Assembly: GCA_965250085.1 (NCBI GenBank)
Contig: OZ252287.1
Location: forward strand, 1,304,808-1,368,807
Origin: Candidatus Altimarinota bacterium
GTDB taxonomy: Bacteria > Patescibacteriota > Gracilibacteria > CAIRYL01
DNA length: 64,000 nucleotides
Reading direction: 5' to 3'
A model generated the notes under the pieces. That model ran no database searches and had not been told where the DNA came from. It worked only from the letters and a program-made list of their open reading frames with translations. Made by a program: the position numbers and the translations under genes. Shown piece by piece: positions 1 to 9,883 of the stretch. How positions within the stretch are numbered: the first letter of the stretch is position 1; every line of letters begins with the position of its first letter.

Positions 1-201
1 GAGAACTTTGCAATCTTTTCTCTAAAAATATTAAAATATCGATCAACCGTTCTCCGATTGAGATCTAGAATATTTGCTGTTTTTGATGCATTGAGATCTT
101 CACAAAAACACTTCAATATTTTTTTGATCTTATAATTCGATATTTTACTGTGTTTAAGCATGTTAAGAGAATAATTGAAGTAATTATTCTACTCAAGAGC
201 C
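1..201 (-). mobile_element. Partial IS1595-family element (terminal IR plus 5' end of the transposase, ATG at 161), truncated by the window start
   Basis: 1-201 matches 33157-33357 base for base by eye; ends in the IR ATTATTCTACTCAAGAGCC. Confidence 0.93.
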
Positions 202-248
202 TAAATTTTTTTAACAAAGAAATAGTAGGAACAACCCTACTGTCAGGG

Positions 249-277
249 TTGACAAAAAATAATATATTTTGTAGTAT
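249..277 (+). promoter_or_regulatory. sigma70-type promoter with no downstream CDS
   Basis: TTGACA(249-254)-N17-TAGTAT(272-277). Confidence 0.55.
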
Positions 278-282
278 GATAC

Positions 283-400
283 CCCGTTGGTTAGTCTTCT
301 GGACTGAAACCCTTGTAATTCAGAACGTCCAAGTCAAAAAAACTTGGACAAATGGAATATCGTCAAACGTATAACAACCAGCTTCGAAGGAGACTTTTTG
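283..400 (+). ncRNA. Candidate structured ncRNA (closing stem, central bubble, terminal hairpin)
   Basis: AGTCTTCT/AGGAGACT, GGA/TTC and CTG/CAG outer pairings; inner GTCCAAGT-loop-ACTTGGAC hairpin; promoter upstream and T-tract downstream. Confidence 0.35.
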
Positions 401-426
401 TTTTGAAAACACTGGTTTCCGCATGG

Positions 427-510
427 AATCTCCCCTAACCCCTCTTTATCAAAGAGGAGAAGAAGAAATTATTTTTCCTCCCTTTCTAAAAGGGAGGCTA
501 GGAGGGATTT
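427..510. repeat. Palindromic repeat family A, copy 1
   Basis: AATCTCCCCTAACCCCTCTTT..AAAGAGG...CCTCCCTTT..AAAGGGAGG..AGGAGGGATTT; near-identical 5' half at 22088 and 51666. Confidence 0.85.
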
Positions 511-511
511 T

Positions 512-2905
512 TTAATATCCCTTATTCTCAATCAGTTTCTCCAATACTTCTCTTGGGAACATTGGTTTCTTTTCTGCAAGTCCTTGGTGAAAGAGGACCG
601 TCGACGGAGTGAGTGCGGGGAGCGTATTGGCTTCGATCACAATAATATTTCCAGTATCTATTTGAAGAAAAGCATCAATACGGGCGTAGCCACGAATACC
701 CAGTTTTTTAGCGACGAGTTCAATAGATTGTTTTGCTCTTTTTAGAACCTTTGGTTTCACGATTTCCGGAGGTGGGGGAGTAATATTGATTCCAGTGCCA
801 CCTTGGAATTTTTCTTCAACACTGAGCACCTCACCTTCGGCGACGGTAACACTGGGATTCAGTGCGCGCATCTTTTCTTTTTCTTCGAGAACTCCTGTAG
901 TGATCTCTATCCATCCTGTTTTTTTACGAAAACTGATCCTTTTGCCCCACATACGGAGTGAATCCGTAACGACAAATGCTTCAAACATCAGATTTTTAAT
1001 TTCCCCCAAGGGCATCTCAATGGGAGTTGCTTGATGCAAAAATGTTTCCGGAGGGATACTGGGCATATTTTTTTTTGCAATGAATATATATTTCTCAAGA
1101 TCATCTGGTGAAAAAAGTCGCACAATGCCAGATGAACATCCTTCATCTTGAGGCTTCACAATAACCGTCTTCGTCTCAAAATCTGTTGTCATATGATCCC
1201 AGAACCTCCGTATTGCATCCTTTTTCATCCTTCCTAATAGTTGCAACTTCATTACCTGTTTCGGAGCGGTGAAAATGCCTTGTTTTTTGAGGCCACTCAA
1301 TTTCTTCCCTGTTGCAAATTTGTCCATACAAAGTTTAGATGCTTTTGCATCAGATCCGTTGTATTTTATTTTTTTCTGAGAAAGCATTTTTTGCAATGTC
1401 CCATTTTCCCCAATACCACCATGAAGCCCCAAAAAGAGGAACTTTGGTTTTCTATTCAAAAACTTCCGAAGAGATATTTTTTGCGGAACAAAAAATGGTT
1501 CTGACGATTGCCCTTCTTCAAGGGCAAGACGGAGCCGCACTTTTTCTACCAGAAAATGAAGCCGGCTTTCATTCTCTCGTGCAGTGTGACAATTCTCTTC
1601 TATTTCTTCCACTGTGTGATTGAGCGTAAAAGCATAGGGGAGATGCCATACGTTATGGTTCAGATCAAGAAGATATGGCTCGGGATGATATGCACTTGAT
1701 TCTCGAAGCTTGAGCCATACATTTGTTCCGCTCATAAGAGAAACTTGTCGCTCTGAAGTCTTTCCGCCAAAGAGGACGGGAATTGGCTTTTTATTCTTTT
1801 TTACCCCCTCTAACTCCCCCTGAAAGGGGGAGGATATGTTGTATCTCCGACATGCATTTCTGACGACAAACTTCAGGAGATCTCGATGACTCATGCCAAT
1901 ACGTGCCGATTGCTGAAAGAGAAAGCTGTTTTGTTCCATACCACTGACGGGATTGAAATCCGGAAACCAAATATTTCCATCCTTCATGAGCCATCCGTCG
2001 AAACGTGCAAAGTCCCGCATTCCCAAAATTGTAAAAAGTTGCTCAGCCTGTACTTGAATCCGTTCTACTATTTCATTTGAAAATCGTGGAGGGCAATGAT
2101 ATTTCACATGATTTGTCGGCAGATATTTCTTCCGATAGTCAAGGATATGATGTTTTTCTTTGAGTTCTTTTTGTTTTTGAAACATTTCTATTTCCGTGGG
2201 CAATATAGCCACTGGCATTCCAAATCTGTTTTGCAGGATGATCACTGTAAATTCTGTTCCTTCACAGAAAGGCTCTATTACAACTCTGGTATCAATGCGC
2301 TTGGAAAATAAATAATCTACTTTCTCAAGTGCTTCTTGTACACTTGTTACGGCAAACACTCCTATACTTGAGCCACCGGAAGCAGGCTTAATAATTGCTT
2401 TTTTTAGATGATGATTTTTAAAAAACTTCGTAAGTATTTTTTTATGATCTTTATGATATATTTTCAAAACCTCTGAAGGAAGTGTGTAGAATCCCTGATC
2501 TCGAATATATTCATTAGCAATGTATTTATCAAAAGCACGCTTACATGATGCAGCATTGGATCCGATGTATGGAATACGATGGCGTTCCAAAAATCTTTGG
2601 AGTTCTCCATCTTCTCCAAATGGTCCATGAATAACGGGAAAGGTAATGTCCGTAGACCTTAGGAGTTCCACAAGTTGTCTCTGAGACAACGGCTTCGCTG
2701 TCTGGCTGAGTTTAAAGTCAAAATCAGAGGGTGTATTGGAATACAGTGCAGAAGGAGAGATATGATATGACCTTTTTTTCTGATCAAAATACACGGGAAT
2801 AATTTCAACTCCATCTCCTTTGAGGTGATCAAGTACTGATCGTGCAGAATTGAGAGAGATGCCACGCTCGAGGGATGGGCCACCAGAGAGGAGTGCTATG
2901 CGCAT
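512..2905 (-). CDS. ddl: D-alanine--D-alanine ligase with two tandem Ddl modules
   Basis: GGPSLERGISL, HGPFGEDG, GGSSIG, LDYRKKY and a second module GGKTSERQVSL, LHGGIGENG, EANTLP; start taken at MRIALL (2905). Confidence 0.88.
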   Translation of the reverse strand: MRIALLSGGPSLERGISLNSARSVLDHLKGDGVEIIPVYFDQKKRSYHISPSALYSNTPSDFDFKLSQTAKPLSQRQLVELLRSTDITFPVIHGPFGEDGELQRFLERHRIPYIGSNAASCKRAFDKYIANEYIRDQGFYTLPSEVLKIYHKDHKKILTKFFKNHHLKKAIIKPASGGSSIGVFAVTSVQEALEKVDYLFSKRIDTRVVIEPFCEGTEFTVIILQNRFGMPVAILPTEIEMFQKQKELKEKHHILDYRKKYLPTNHVKYHCPPRFSNEIVERIQVQAEQLFTILGMRDFARFDGWLMKDGNIWFPDFNPVSGMEQNSFLFQQSARIGMSHRDLLKFVVRNACRRYNISSPFQGELEGVKKNKKPIPVLFGGKTSERQVSLMSGTNVWLKLRESSAYHPEPYLLDLNHNVWHLPYAFTLNHTVEEIEENCHTARENESRLHFLVEKVRLRLALEEGQSSEPFFVPQKISLRKFLNRKPKFLFLGLHGGIGENGTLQKMLSQKKIKYNGSDAKASKLCMDKFATGKKLSGLKKQGIFTAPKQVMKLQLLGRMKKDAIRRFWDHMTTDFETKTVIVKPQDEGCSSGIVRLFSPDDLEKYIFIAKKNMPSIPPETFLHQATPIEMPLGEIKNLMFEAFVVTDSLRMWGKRISFRKKTGWIEITTGVLEEKEKMRALNPSVTVAEGEVLSVEEKFQGGTGINITPPPPEIVKPKVLKRAKQSIELVAKKLGIRGYARIDAFLQIDTGNIIVIEANTLPALTPSTVLFHQGLAEKKPMFPREVLEKLIENKGY

Positions 2906-3210
2906 AAAAATTAAGTAATAAGTGGCAAGTAAACAAGTAGGAATTACGAATGAAGCCTGTCCGCCTTTTTTCGGCATGGTCTGTGGCGGAAATTACGGAT
3001 AAAAAAATAAAATGGATTTTAAATTGCTAACGGCTACAGGCTAAGAGCTAACAGCTCTTAAATCAATATTTTTGCAAAGAGTTTGTATGCTCAAAATATC
3101 GTTTCTATTAAACTATAGAAGGATATCCTTCGCAAGAAAAATGTACGTTTTTTAGATTTTTTGCAAAAATTTATTTTTTATAAAAAAATACACAACTCTG
3201 TCTTTTTCTC

Positions 3211-3335
3211 AAAATCCCCCTCAATCCCCCTTTTGCAAAGGGGGAGGAAAACTCTACAAATTTCCCTTCTTGCAAAGGAAGAAGAAATCTCTATGAGAAT
3301 CCCCCTCTTTTAAAAAGAGGGGACAGGGGAGATTT
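3211..3335. repeat. Palindromic repeat family A, three-hairpin copy
   Basis: AAATCCCCCTCAATCCCCCTTTTGCAAAGGGGGA ... CCCCTCTTTTAAAAAGAGGGGACAGGGGAGATTT. Confidence 0.85.
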
Positions 3336-3349
3336 GTTATATAGACAAA

Positions 3350-5896
3350 TTACTTCATCCAATCTGGCAGATCTTCTTCAGAAGATTCTGTATTATGACG
3401 GGGAGGGTCTTCTGTGTTAGATTGTTCACTTGCGATATCGGCAGGTTTGTCTTGAGAGGATTCAGAAACAAATTCTGACTCTGATGCTTCCTGCGCTGAA
3501 GCGTGAATATCTTCTTTTAGCCAGTCGGGCATATCATCTTCTGCGATAGGATAACTTTCAGTTGTGATATTTTGAGGCTCAATTTCTGTTTTTGCTTCTC
3601 CTTCTCCCGCAGATTCTGACAAAGCCTGTCCTGAAGATTTTTTAGAGACAGAAGCTTCTACTCGCGTTTCTTGCAGCCAGTCTGGAACAGGTGTCGATTC
3701 ATCCTGCAGAGCAATCTGAGCACTTTGAACTCCTTTTTTAGAAGAGGTGGAAGAATCTTTTTCAAGTTCCTGTCCTTCGGTCTTGAGCCATGTTGGAGAT
3801 GGAGATTCATCTTGAACCGTTGAGGCAGTATTCTGGGTACTTTCTTTTTTCGGAGTAGAAGGGACGTCTTCTGTTACTATTTCTGCGGTAGCAACTTGCG
3901 CTGAAGAAGATTCTGGAACAGGTGCAGCAGATGTTTCAATTTGAGTCACCTGTGCTATCTCGGCATGTTTTTTGTGACGAATACGATCGAAATCTTCTAA
4001 GACAATTTCTTCAAAAGAAAGATCTGGGTACCGAATTTTTCGAAAGATAAGATAGAAAGCCAGAAGAAGAAGAGGAATACCCAGCAGAAGTATGAGGGTC
4101 CACCAGAGCCAACCAAGTTTTTTCTTCTCTTTTGCTTCTCCACTTACTTGATCGGAATCTTGTGCAGAATCTTTATCACTTGCGACTTTCTCTTTGCCAC
4201 TCTCTTCAGAAGAAGTATCTCCATCGCTACTTTTTGCATCATCAGGCACACTTCCAGGAGCAACAGACGAGATGGCGATATTTTCTGCGGTGGTAGTACT
4301 TCGTCCCACAGCATCTGTCACGGTGAGGATAGTTGTGTACGTTTGAGCTTGGGCATATATGTGCTCAGGATTGACTTCAGAACTCGTTTTCCCATCCCCA
4401 AAATCCCAAGAGTATGAGAGATCGGTATTCAGCAGTCGATTATCAGCAAATGATTCATCTCCAAATGAAACGGTATTGGTGTTTACAGAGGAAGAAAACT
4501 GCGCTGTAGGAGGAGAGGTCATAATCTCTCGTTCTCTACTAGAGAGCACCGTGATTATTTTTTCTACTTCTGCAATCACTTCCCCGTCTTTGTGAGCAGT
4601 TATTTTGACGGGAAAGATACCGTCATTATTATATTGATACGTATTTCGTGTGCGAATACCTTCATATTCGGACACTCCATCACCATCAAAATCCCAAGTA
4701 ATCTGAGCACCTTCAGGGAGTCCAAGAGCCATAAAATCTACACTTTCTCCGGCAAATATTTCCTGCTGACTTATCACCAATTTTTGAGGAAGAGCAGGAA
4801 AAATAGCACCTGATTCTTCATTTTCTTTTGCCAAAACAGTGTCAAAGATTATTTTTCTCTGTACTTTACTTCCTTTGTTTTGATCATTCACCACCAGAAG
4901 TTCTATGACGACCTCTCCCCACTCTTTTTTAAAATTGGTCGTCCATGATGAGCCGGTACGGAACGAATTGTGTTCTCGATTATCAATGTCGTTGTCTGGA
5001 GTGCCATCTGCATTGGTGTCAAAAAGTGCATTTTTGTCTATGCGGTATTCCACAATATTTCCTTCTGAATTTCCGGCAAAAAATGTGACATTCCCTTCTT
5101 TTCCGGGAAGATAGATGAGTCCATCTTCATTGGCACGGGGAAGCGAGTTCAGTACAGCTTTGAGAGGAAGTGATTTTTGAGCGGTGACACCTGTTTGGTC
5201 AAAAGAGATATCAAGTGTTTTGGATTCTGTCTCTCCAGTAGGATATTTGACGGTAATTTGTGCAGTGCGATTTGGCTTGGATGGATCGTAGGTATGACTC
5301 CAAGCACTTCCGGTAAAAAACGAGGAATGGGAAGCATTTTCTTTGTCGTTATCAGCAATACCATCTCCATCAGCATCTTCAGTAATATCTGTATCAATCC
5401 AGTATTCCGAAGGATTTCCACTAGCGTTACCTGGAAAAAATGTGACTTCTGGAGAAGCGGGATCAACGACAAGCACTCCCTCACTATTAAGAGGTGGAAG
5501 AGTCGTAAAAGAAACCTGCTTATCTTCAAAATTTGGATTTAAAATATCTGCTTTTACAAGAGTTATGGTTGTTTGAGTAGCGCCTGATTCGGGATCGGTC
5601 ATGAGGAGGCGCACTTCATACTCTCCCGGTTCCGTAAAGACATGTTCAAATGTTTTTGCACTGGAATTGGTAACACCACTTTCTCCCTGAGGAATAATTT
5701 CTTCTCCTTTTTTAAGGATCCAGGAATAGTCTACTTTCCCACTCACATTTGATGGCTGAAGATTCAGAGTTTCTCCTATTTTGACATGAACGACTCCACT
5801 GGCGAGTGTAGTTGAAAGGAGAAAACAAAAAAGAGAAAGAACAACTACAGAGAGAGCTATAAAACTTTGCCAAAGATTTTTAATAAATACAATCAT
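3350..5896 (-). CDS. Membrane-anchored PKD-domain surface protein with an acidic cytoplasmic tail
   Basis: Signal peptide; WDFDGDG/WDFGDG PKD motifs; DxDGDG motifs; TM WLWWTLILLLGIPLLLLAFYLIF; low-complexity tail. Confidence 0.85.
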   Translation of the reverse strand: MIVFIKNLWQSFIALSVVVLSLFCFLLSTTLASGVVHVKIGETLNLQPSNVSGKVDYSWILKKGEEIIPQGESGVTNSSAKTFEHVFTEPGEYEVRLLMTDPESGATQTTITLVKADILNPNFEDKQVSFTTLPPLNSEGVLVVDPASPEVTFFPGNASGNPSEYWIDTDITEDADGDGIADNDKENASHSSFFTGSAWSHTYDPSKPNRTAQITVKYPTGETESKTLDISFDQTGVTAQKSLPLKAVLNSLPRANEDGLIYLPGKEGNVTFFAGNSEGNIVEYRIDKNALFDTNADGTPDNDIDNREHNSFRTGSSWTTNFKKEWGEVVIELLVVNDQNKGSKVQRKIIFDTVLAKENEESGAIFPALPQKLVISQQEIFAGESVDFMALGLPEGAQITWDFDGDGVSEYEGIRTRNTYQYNNDGIFPVKITAHKDGEVIAEVEKIITVLSSREREIMTSPPTAQFSSSVNTNTVSFGDESFADNRLLNTDLSYSWDFGDGKTSSEVNPEHIYAQAQTYTTILTVTDAVGRSTTTAENIAISSVAPGSVPDDAKSSDGDTSSEESGKEKVASDKDSAQDSDQVSGEAKEKKKLGWLWWTLILLLGIPLLLLAFYLIFRKIRYPDLSFEEIVLEDFDRIRHKKHAEIAQVTQIETSAAPVPESSSAQVATAEIVTEDVPSTPKKESTQNTASTVQDESPSPTWLKTEGQELEKDSSTSSKKGVQSAQIALQDESTPVPDWLQETRVEASVSKKSSGQALSESAGEGEAKTEIEPQNITTESYPIAEDDMPDWLKEDIHASAQEASESEFVSESSQDKPADIASEQSNTEDPPRHNTESSEEDLPDWMK

Positions 5897-6192
5897 GATG
5901 TGGGGTTCAGTATTCGATTTAAATCAGTACGAATTTCTCTAGCTCCTTCAGTCACAGTCGAATCATCCATTTCCTCAATTATTTGTAGGAGTCTCTCCAT
6001 TTCTTTTCTTTGTAAGAAAGAGCCTGAAGACCAAAATTTTGCAACAAGACTTCTTGCTTCTTCATTATTTGGAAATGCTAAAGTGGCTTCAAATTCAGTC
6101 GTTTTCGAGATATTTCTGAAGTTAGCTCCTCGGTCACCATGGAGCTTGTGACCATTTAACCTTTTCCGTGATCGAGTTCTTATTCGTGACAT
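5893..6192 (-). CDS. Hypothetical protein, translationally coupled within the PKD operon
   Basis: 99-aa ORF; starts 1 nt after the upstream stop and overlaps the next start (ATGA). Confidence 0.6.
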   Translation of the reverse strand: MSRIRTRSRKRLNGHKLHGDRGANFRNISKTTEFEATLAFPNNEEARSLVAKFWSSGSFLQRKEMERLLQIIEEMDDSTVTEGAREIRTDLNRILNPTS

Positions 6193-6193
6193 A

Positions 6194-9100
6194 TTACTCT
6201 ATAAAAAGTGAAATAATTTCAGATATATCTCCGGAGACAGTATCTTTAGCAGTTGCTTCTATGACGACTCTTCCTTTTCCGAGTCCGGTAATTTCAGTAA
6301 AGGCTTCTCCCAGAAGAGACTCACTCATCTTTTTGCTGAGCTGAGCATTTCCGGAAATAATTTTGAATTCTACAGTTCCTTGAAACAGAGTATTATTCGC
6401 GTTTTTCACAAAAGCGAGCAGTCGTGTACTTTCTCCAGCAGGAATGACGCCTCGTGCACAAACAAGATCCAAGGTGGTCATTGGATGGCTCGATTTCATA
6501 CGAACAGACTCTACAATACCGGCAAAGAGGCCAGCATTTCCAGAAGATGATACTCCTGTAGCAGATCCAATGCCTGAATTTCCTCCACCAAATCCAAATC
6601 GGCTTCCGCTTCCGGAAAGGAGCTTCCCACTTTCGAGTACTGGCACATCGCGAGTGACTGTGTCTTGTACTCCCAAACGATCAGTAATAGTAAGCTTAAT
6701 TGATCGTTTCCCAAGTTCTTCATAAAAGTGAGAAAAACTTTCACTGGTTTCATCTGTGTCATTTTTACTATCACCATCACCATCAGAATCTATCTGGAGA
6801 TCTAAGTCCCATTCATATGACACTGTGTTATTGGGAACAGAATCGTCTACTTCTGAAGTACTGGCATCAAACTGCACATTGTGTCCCTGGAGTTGATACA
6901 GAAATGCCGCCTTGGGGAGTTCGTGTTTTCTCGCAACAAATACGCTCTTACTCTTACTAGAAGCCAGTCCTCTGTATACGACTTTGAGCCGTGGGTTATA
7001 TTCACCAGGTTCGTCATATCGAAAAATTGCCTGAGGTCCAGTACCGATCGCATCAAAGACATTATCGCCATCAAAATCCCACATATAGGCTGAATCAGGA
7101 ATCGTATCTCCAAATGGATCTTCTGCGGTCGCAAAAAAAGTAATAGTGTCTCCTTCGTCCACTGTGGCTTTTTCCATCTCAAAATCTACAAGAGGACTCC
7201 TGTTTTCTCCGTTTTTGGCTTCTACAAAGTTACTGACTCCAAACACTTCTTCAGAGTTTAGAGTTGCCCCAAAGTTATCCATGATTTCAACCACAAAGAA
7301 ATACTTGTGTGTTTCATCAGGGAATCCATGGACTGGAAGAATAAGACTCGTAGAAGGAATTGTTGTGGTATGAAGCCCAACTTTTTCTGTTTCATTTTCC
7401 CGATACGCCCACCATTTATACTCTACAATATTGCCGTCAGGATCTCTGGCATTTTGCACCTTGAGCGGCACAATAACGGGCGCAGAAGTATTTTTGGGAA
7501 GCGAAACCTGCAATACATCCATTTCGGGTTCCTTGTTTATGATCTTTATCCACAGTGTTTCTGCCGTATCTTTCCGTCCAGTTCTGTCGTCAGTAATCGT
7601 GAGTTCTACTGGATAACATGCTTCTTCGGAGGGGACTTCATCAAATCGTTTGGTCACCATTTTTTTACGGGAAAAAGTTCCGTCGTGAAATACCCACTCA
7701 TACTCCAGTCCACTCCTTCCAGCAACACTTTGGAGTGTTTCTTTTGCCTCTGTTGCATCAATAGAAGCAGAGGCGTCAAGGGTGATTTTGTCAGCACGAG
7801 AGATTTCAATTCCATGTTTTCCACTCCCACATATATCATCCTGAATGATATAGAGAATATTGCCCTGTCGCACATCATATGCAGCCACTGGCATGTCTCT
7901 TTCTCCAATATACACGGTACGTGATGTCATGTTCTCTTCGTCATCCACATCAAATGCTGTGAGTTTGACTTTGTATCTTCCTTTTTCCAAGAAAGAATGA
8001 CTCACACTTTCTTCAGTACCCTGTTCATTTGCTCCATCTCCAAAATCCCAGAAAAATGTGATAGCATTCTCTGCCGTAGCATCAAATATGATTTCTTCAT
8101 CGGGGTGAGCCACAAATGTGCTGGCAGTAAAATCAACATTAAGGACAGAGTCAATCTCTACCTGCCGTACCGTTTCATCACTTTCTCCGTTTGTATCAGT
8201 CACTTTGAGACGTACATCAAATGCACCAGTCTCGCTATATTCAAACTCTGCTTGAGTAGAAGTGTCATTCTGAATTTCGAATGATCCATCATTCTGAAAG
8301 TCCCATGAATACGCAAGAGCATCACCATCTTTATCCTGGCTCCTGGAGGCATCAAATTTGATGACGGAAGGTTGAGAGGCCTCTTTTGAAGCAAAGGTAA
8401 AATTTGCTTCTGGAGGATTTGATGCAATAACAATTGTTTCAGCAGCAGTAGCTGTTTTGCCCGCTGTATCGGAAACAGTAAGAGATATCTGAACGTTGCC
8501 ACTCTTAGAAAATGTGCGAGCAAATCGTTCTTCTTTGATTTCTTCTTTTTCTCCTTCTGCATCAATAAGGATCCATTCGTGAGAAATGATATCGCCAAAG
8601 CTACTCTCAGAATCTGAACCATCAAAAGTAATTTTTTTCTCCACAAATCGTTCACTGGGACTCACATCAAAACGAGCCACCGTATCCTGTATACCAAGAG
8701 TTACCTGTTTTTTATAACTCTTTCCCAAATTATCAGTTACCGTTAGCGAAACTTTATATTCTCCAGCGTCTGGATAGATATGCTGCACTACTTCATCACT
8801 TTCAGTTTTCATGCCTGGAGATCCATCACCAAAGTTCCATAAGAATTCTTCTATTTGTTTTTGACCTGTGTTCTGGATATTCGGTTTGAATGTGATACCT
8901 GTCAGAGCGTTACTGAGTGCAAACTGTTGAAAAAACTTAGCGCGCTCACCATTGATCAAAAACTCTACATCCGGATTTGCCGGAAAGATTTCCACTGCAA
9001 ATGTTGCTTCTCCCGCAGAGGTCTCTACTCCATCACTCCGAGGATCAATACGAAGTTTGAAGACAAATCTTCCACTTTCACTGAGCTCTTCTACAACAGT

Positions 9101-9883
9101 ATTTCCGGTGCCGAGGTTGATAGTATTCCCCGATGCGTTTACATAACTCCAGTGGTACGAACTATCTGGAATCGTCTGATCATCCTCTGGATATCGAGAT
9201 CCGAGTCCGGAAAGCTCTACTGTAAGAGGAGCGACACCGGAAGTGTTGCTGCCTGTAATTTTGACAAATATTTCATTTTCACCAGCATTATTGGTGCGAA
9301 CAGTGGTTATGGAGGACCCTCCACTTTGATCGATACTGCTTCCACCTGTTCCGGATCCTCCGGATCCATTGATCGGGGTTCCATCAGGATTCAGCCCGCT
9401 TCCTTCTACGGGGGTCAGATTTTCTTGATCCAGATTGAGATCACCTCTGCCGGCATTCACAAAAAATCGAACGATTGCAAAAGAAAGTAAAATAAGAATA
9501 ATCCCCGCTCCTGCCCAAATTACAATTTTTCGCCCCTTCGTAATATTTTCTTCCTCTCCTCCAGAAAAAATCCAGAGGAATCCTCCATAGATTACTGCAA
9601 TCACTGCAGCGAGTCCTGCAAATCCAAGAAAATAATTAATGATGATCAGGAGTCTCTGTCGAAACGTCTGATTTGTATCGTTACACAATGTGGGATCCAC
9701 TTCGTCACACGGAGGGGGGACAAAACACCCTTCTGGGGGACATGGATCATCTCGAAAATCAATTCCTGCCAGGAGATCAATATTTTTGATGCCTTCCATA
9801 CCTCCTGCTCCAAAAAAAAGAAGGAGTCCTATTGCAAAAGCGCCAAGGAAAAAGAAGAGTCTTTTCATCTTAGACAGAAGCAT
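6194..9883 (-). CDS. VirB2/TrbC-like pilin domain fused to multiple PKD domains
   Basis: N-terminal IINYFLGFAGLAAVIAVIYGGFLWIFSGGEEE..KGRKIVIWAGAG pilin signature, then repeated W(D/N)F(G/D)DG..H/Y..G.Y.V.L.V.D PKD units. Confidence 0.85.
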   Translation of the reverse strand: MLLSKMKRLFFFLGAFAIGLLLFFGAGGMEGIKNIDLLAGIDFRDDPCPPEGCFVPPPCDEVDPTLCNDTNQTFRQRLLIIINYFLGFAGLAAVIAVIYGGFLWIFSGGEEENITKGRKIVIWAGAGIILILLSFAIVRFFVNAGRGDLNLDQENLTPVEGSGLNPDGTPINGSGGSGTGGSSIDQSGGSSITTVRTNNAGENEIFVKITGSNTSGVAPLTVELSGLGSRYPEDDQTIPDSSYHWSYVNASGNTINLGTGNTVVEELSESGRFVFKLRIDPRSDGVETSAGEATFAVEIFPANPDVEFLINGERAKFFQQFALSNALTGITFKPNIQNTGQKQIEEFLWNFGDGSPGMKTESDEVVQHIYPDAGEYKVSLTVTDNLGKSYKKQVTLGIQDTVARFDVSPSERFVEKKITFDGSDSESSFGDIISHEWILIDAEGEKEEIKEERFARTFSKSGNVQISLTVSDTAGKTATAAETIVIASNPPEANFTFASKEASQPSVIKFDASRSQDKDGDALAYSWDFQNDGSFEIQNDTSTQAEFEYSETGAFDVRLKVTDTNGESDETVRQVEIDSVLNVDFTASTFVAHPDEEIIFDATAENAITFFWDFGDGANEQGTEESVSHSFLEKGRYKVKLTAFDVDDEENMTSRTVYIGERDMPVAAYDVRQGNILYIIQDDICGSGKHGIEISRADKITLDASASIDATEAKETLQSVAGRSGLEYEWVFHDGTFSRKKMVTKRFDEVPSEEACYPVELTITDDRTGRKDTAETLWIKIINKEPEMDVLQVSLPKNTSAPVIVPLKVQNARDPDGNIVEYKWWAYRENETEKVGLHTTTIPSTSLILPVHGFPDETHKYFFVVEIMDNFGATLNSEEVFGVSNFVEAKNGENRSPLVDFEMEKATVDEGDTITFFATAEDPFGDTIPDSAYMWDFDGDNVFDAIGTGPQAIFRYDEPGEYNPRLKVVYRGLASSKSKSVFVARKHELPKAAFLYQLQGHNVQFDASTSEVDDSVPNNTVSYEWDLDLQIDSDGDGDSKNDTDETSESFSHFYEELGKRSIKLTITDRLGVQDTVTRDVPVLESGKLLSGSGSRFGFGGGNSGIGSATGVSSSGNAGLFAGIVESVRMKSSHPMTTLDLVCARGVIPAGESTRLLAFVKNANNTLFQGTVEFKIISGNAQLSKKMSESLLGEAFTEITGLGKGRVVIEATAKDTVSGDISEIISLFIE

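Noticed and set aside
150-374. 74-aa ORF, and the same MFKHVKRIIE N-terminus at 33306
   Set aside because: Both start inside the IS end, antisense to the transposase start; the shared N-terminus only reflects the duplicated IS.
3118-3131. 14-bp perfect palindrome GAAGGATATCCTTC
   Set aside because: Single occurrence with no clear promoter or gene link; cannot be distinguished from chance.
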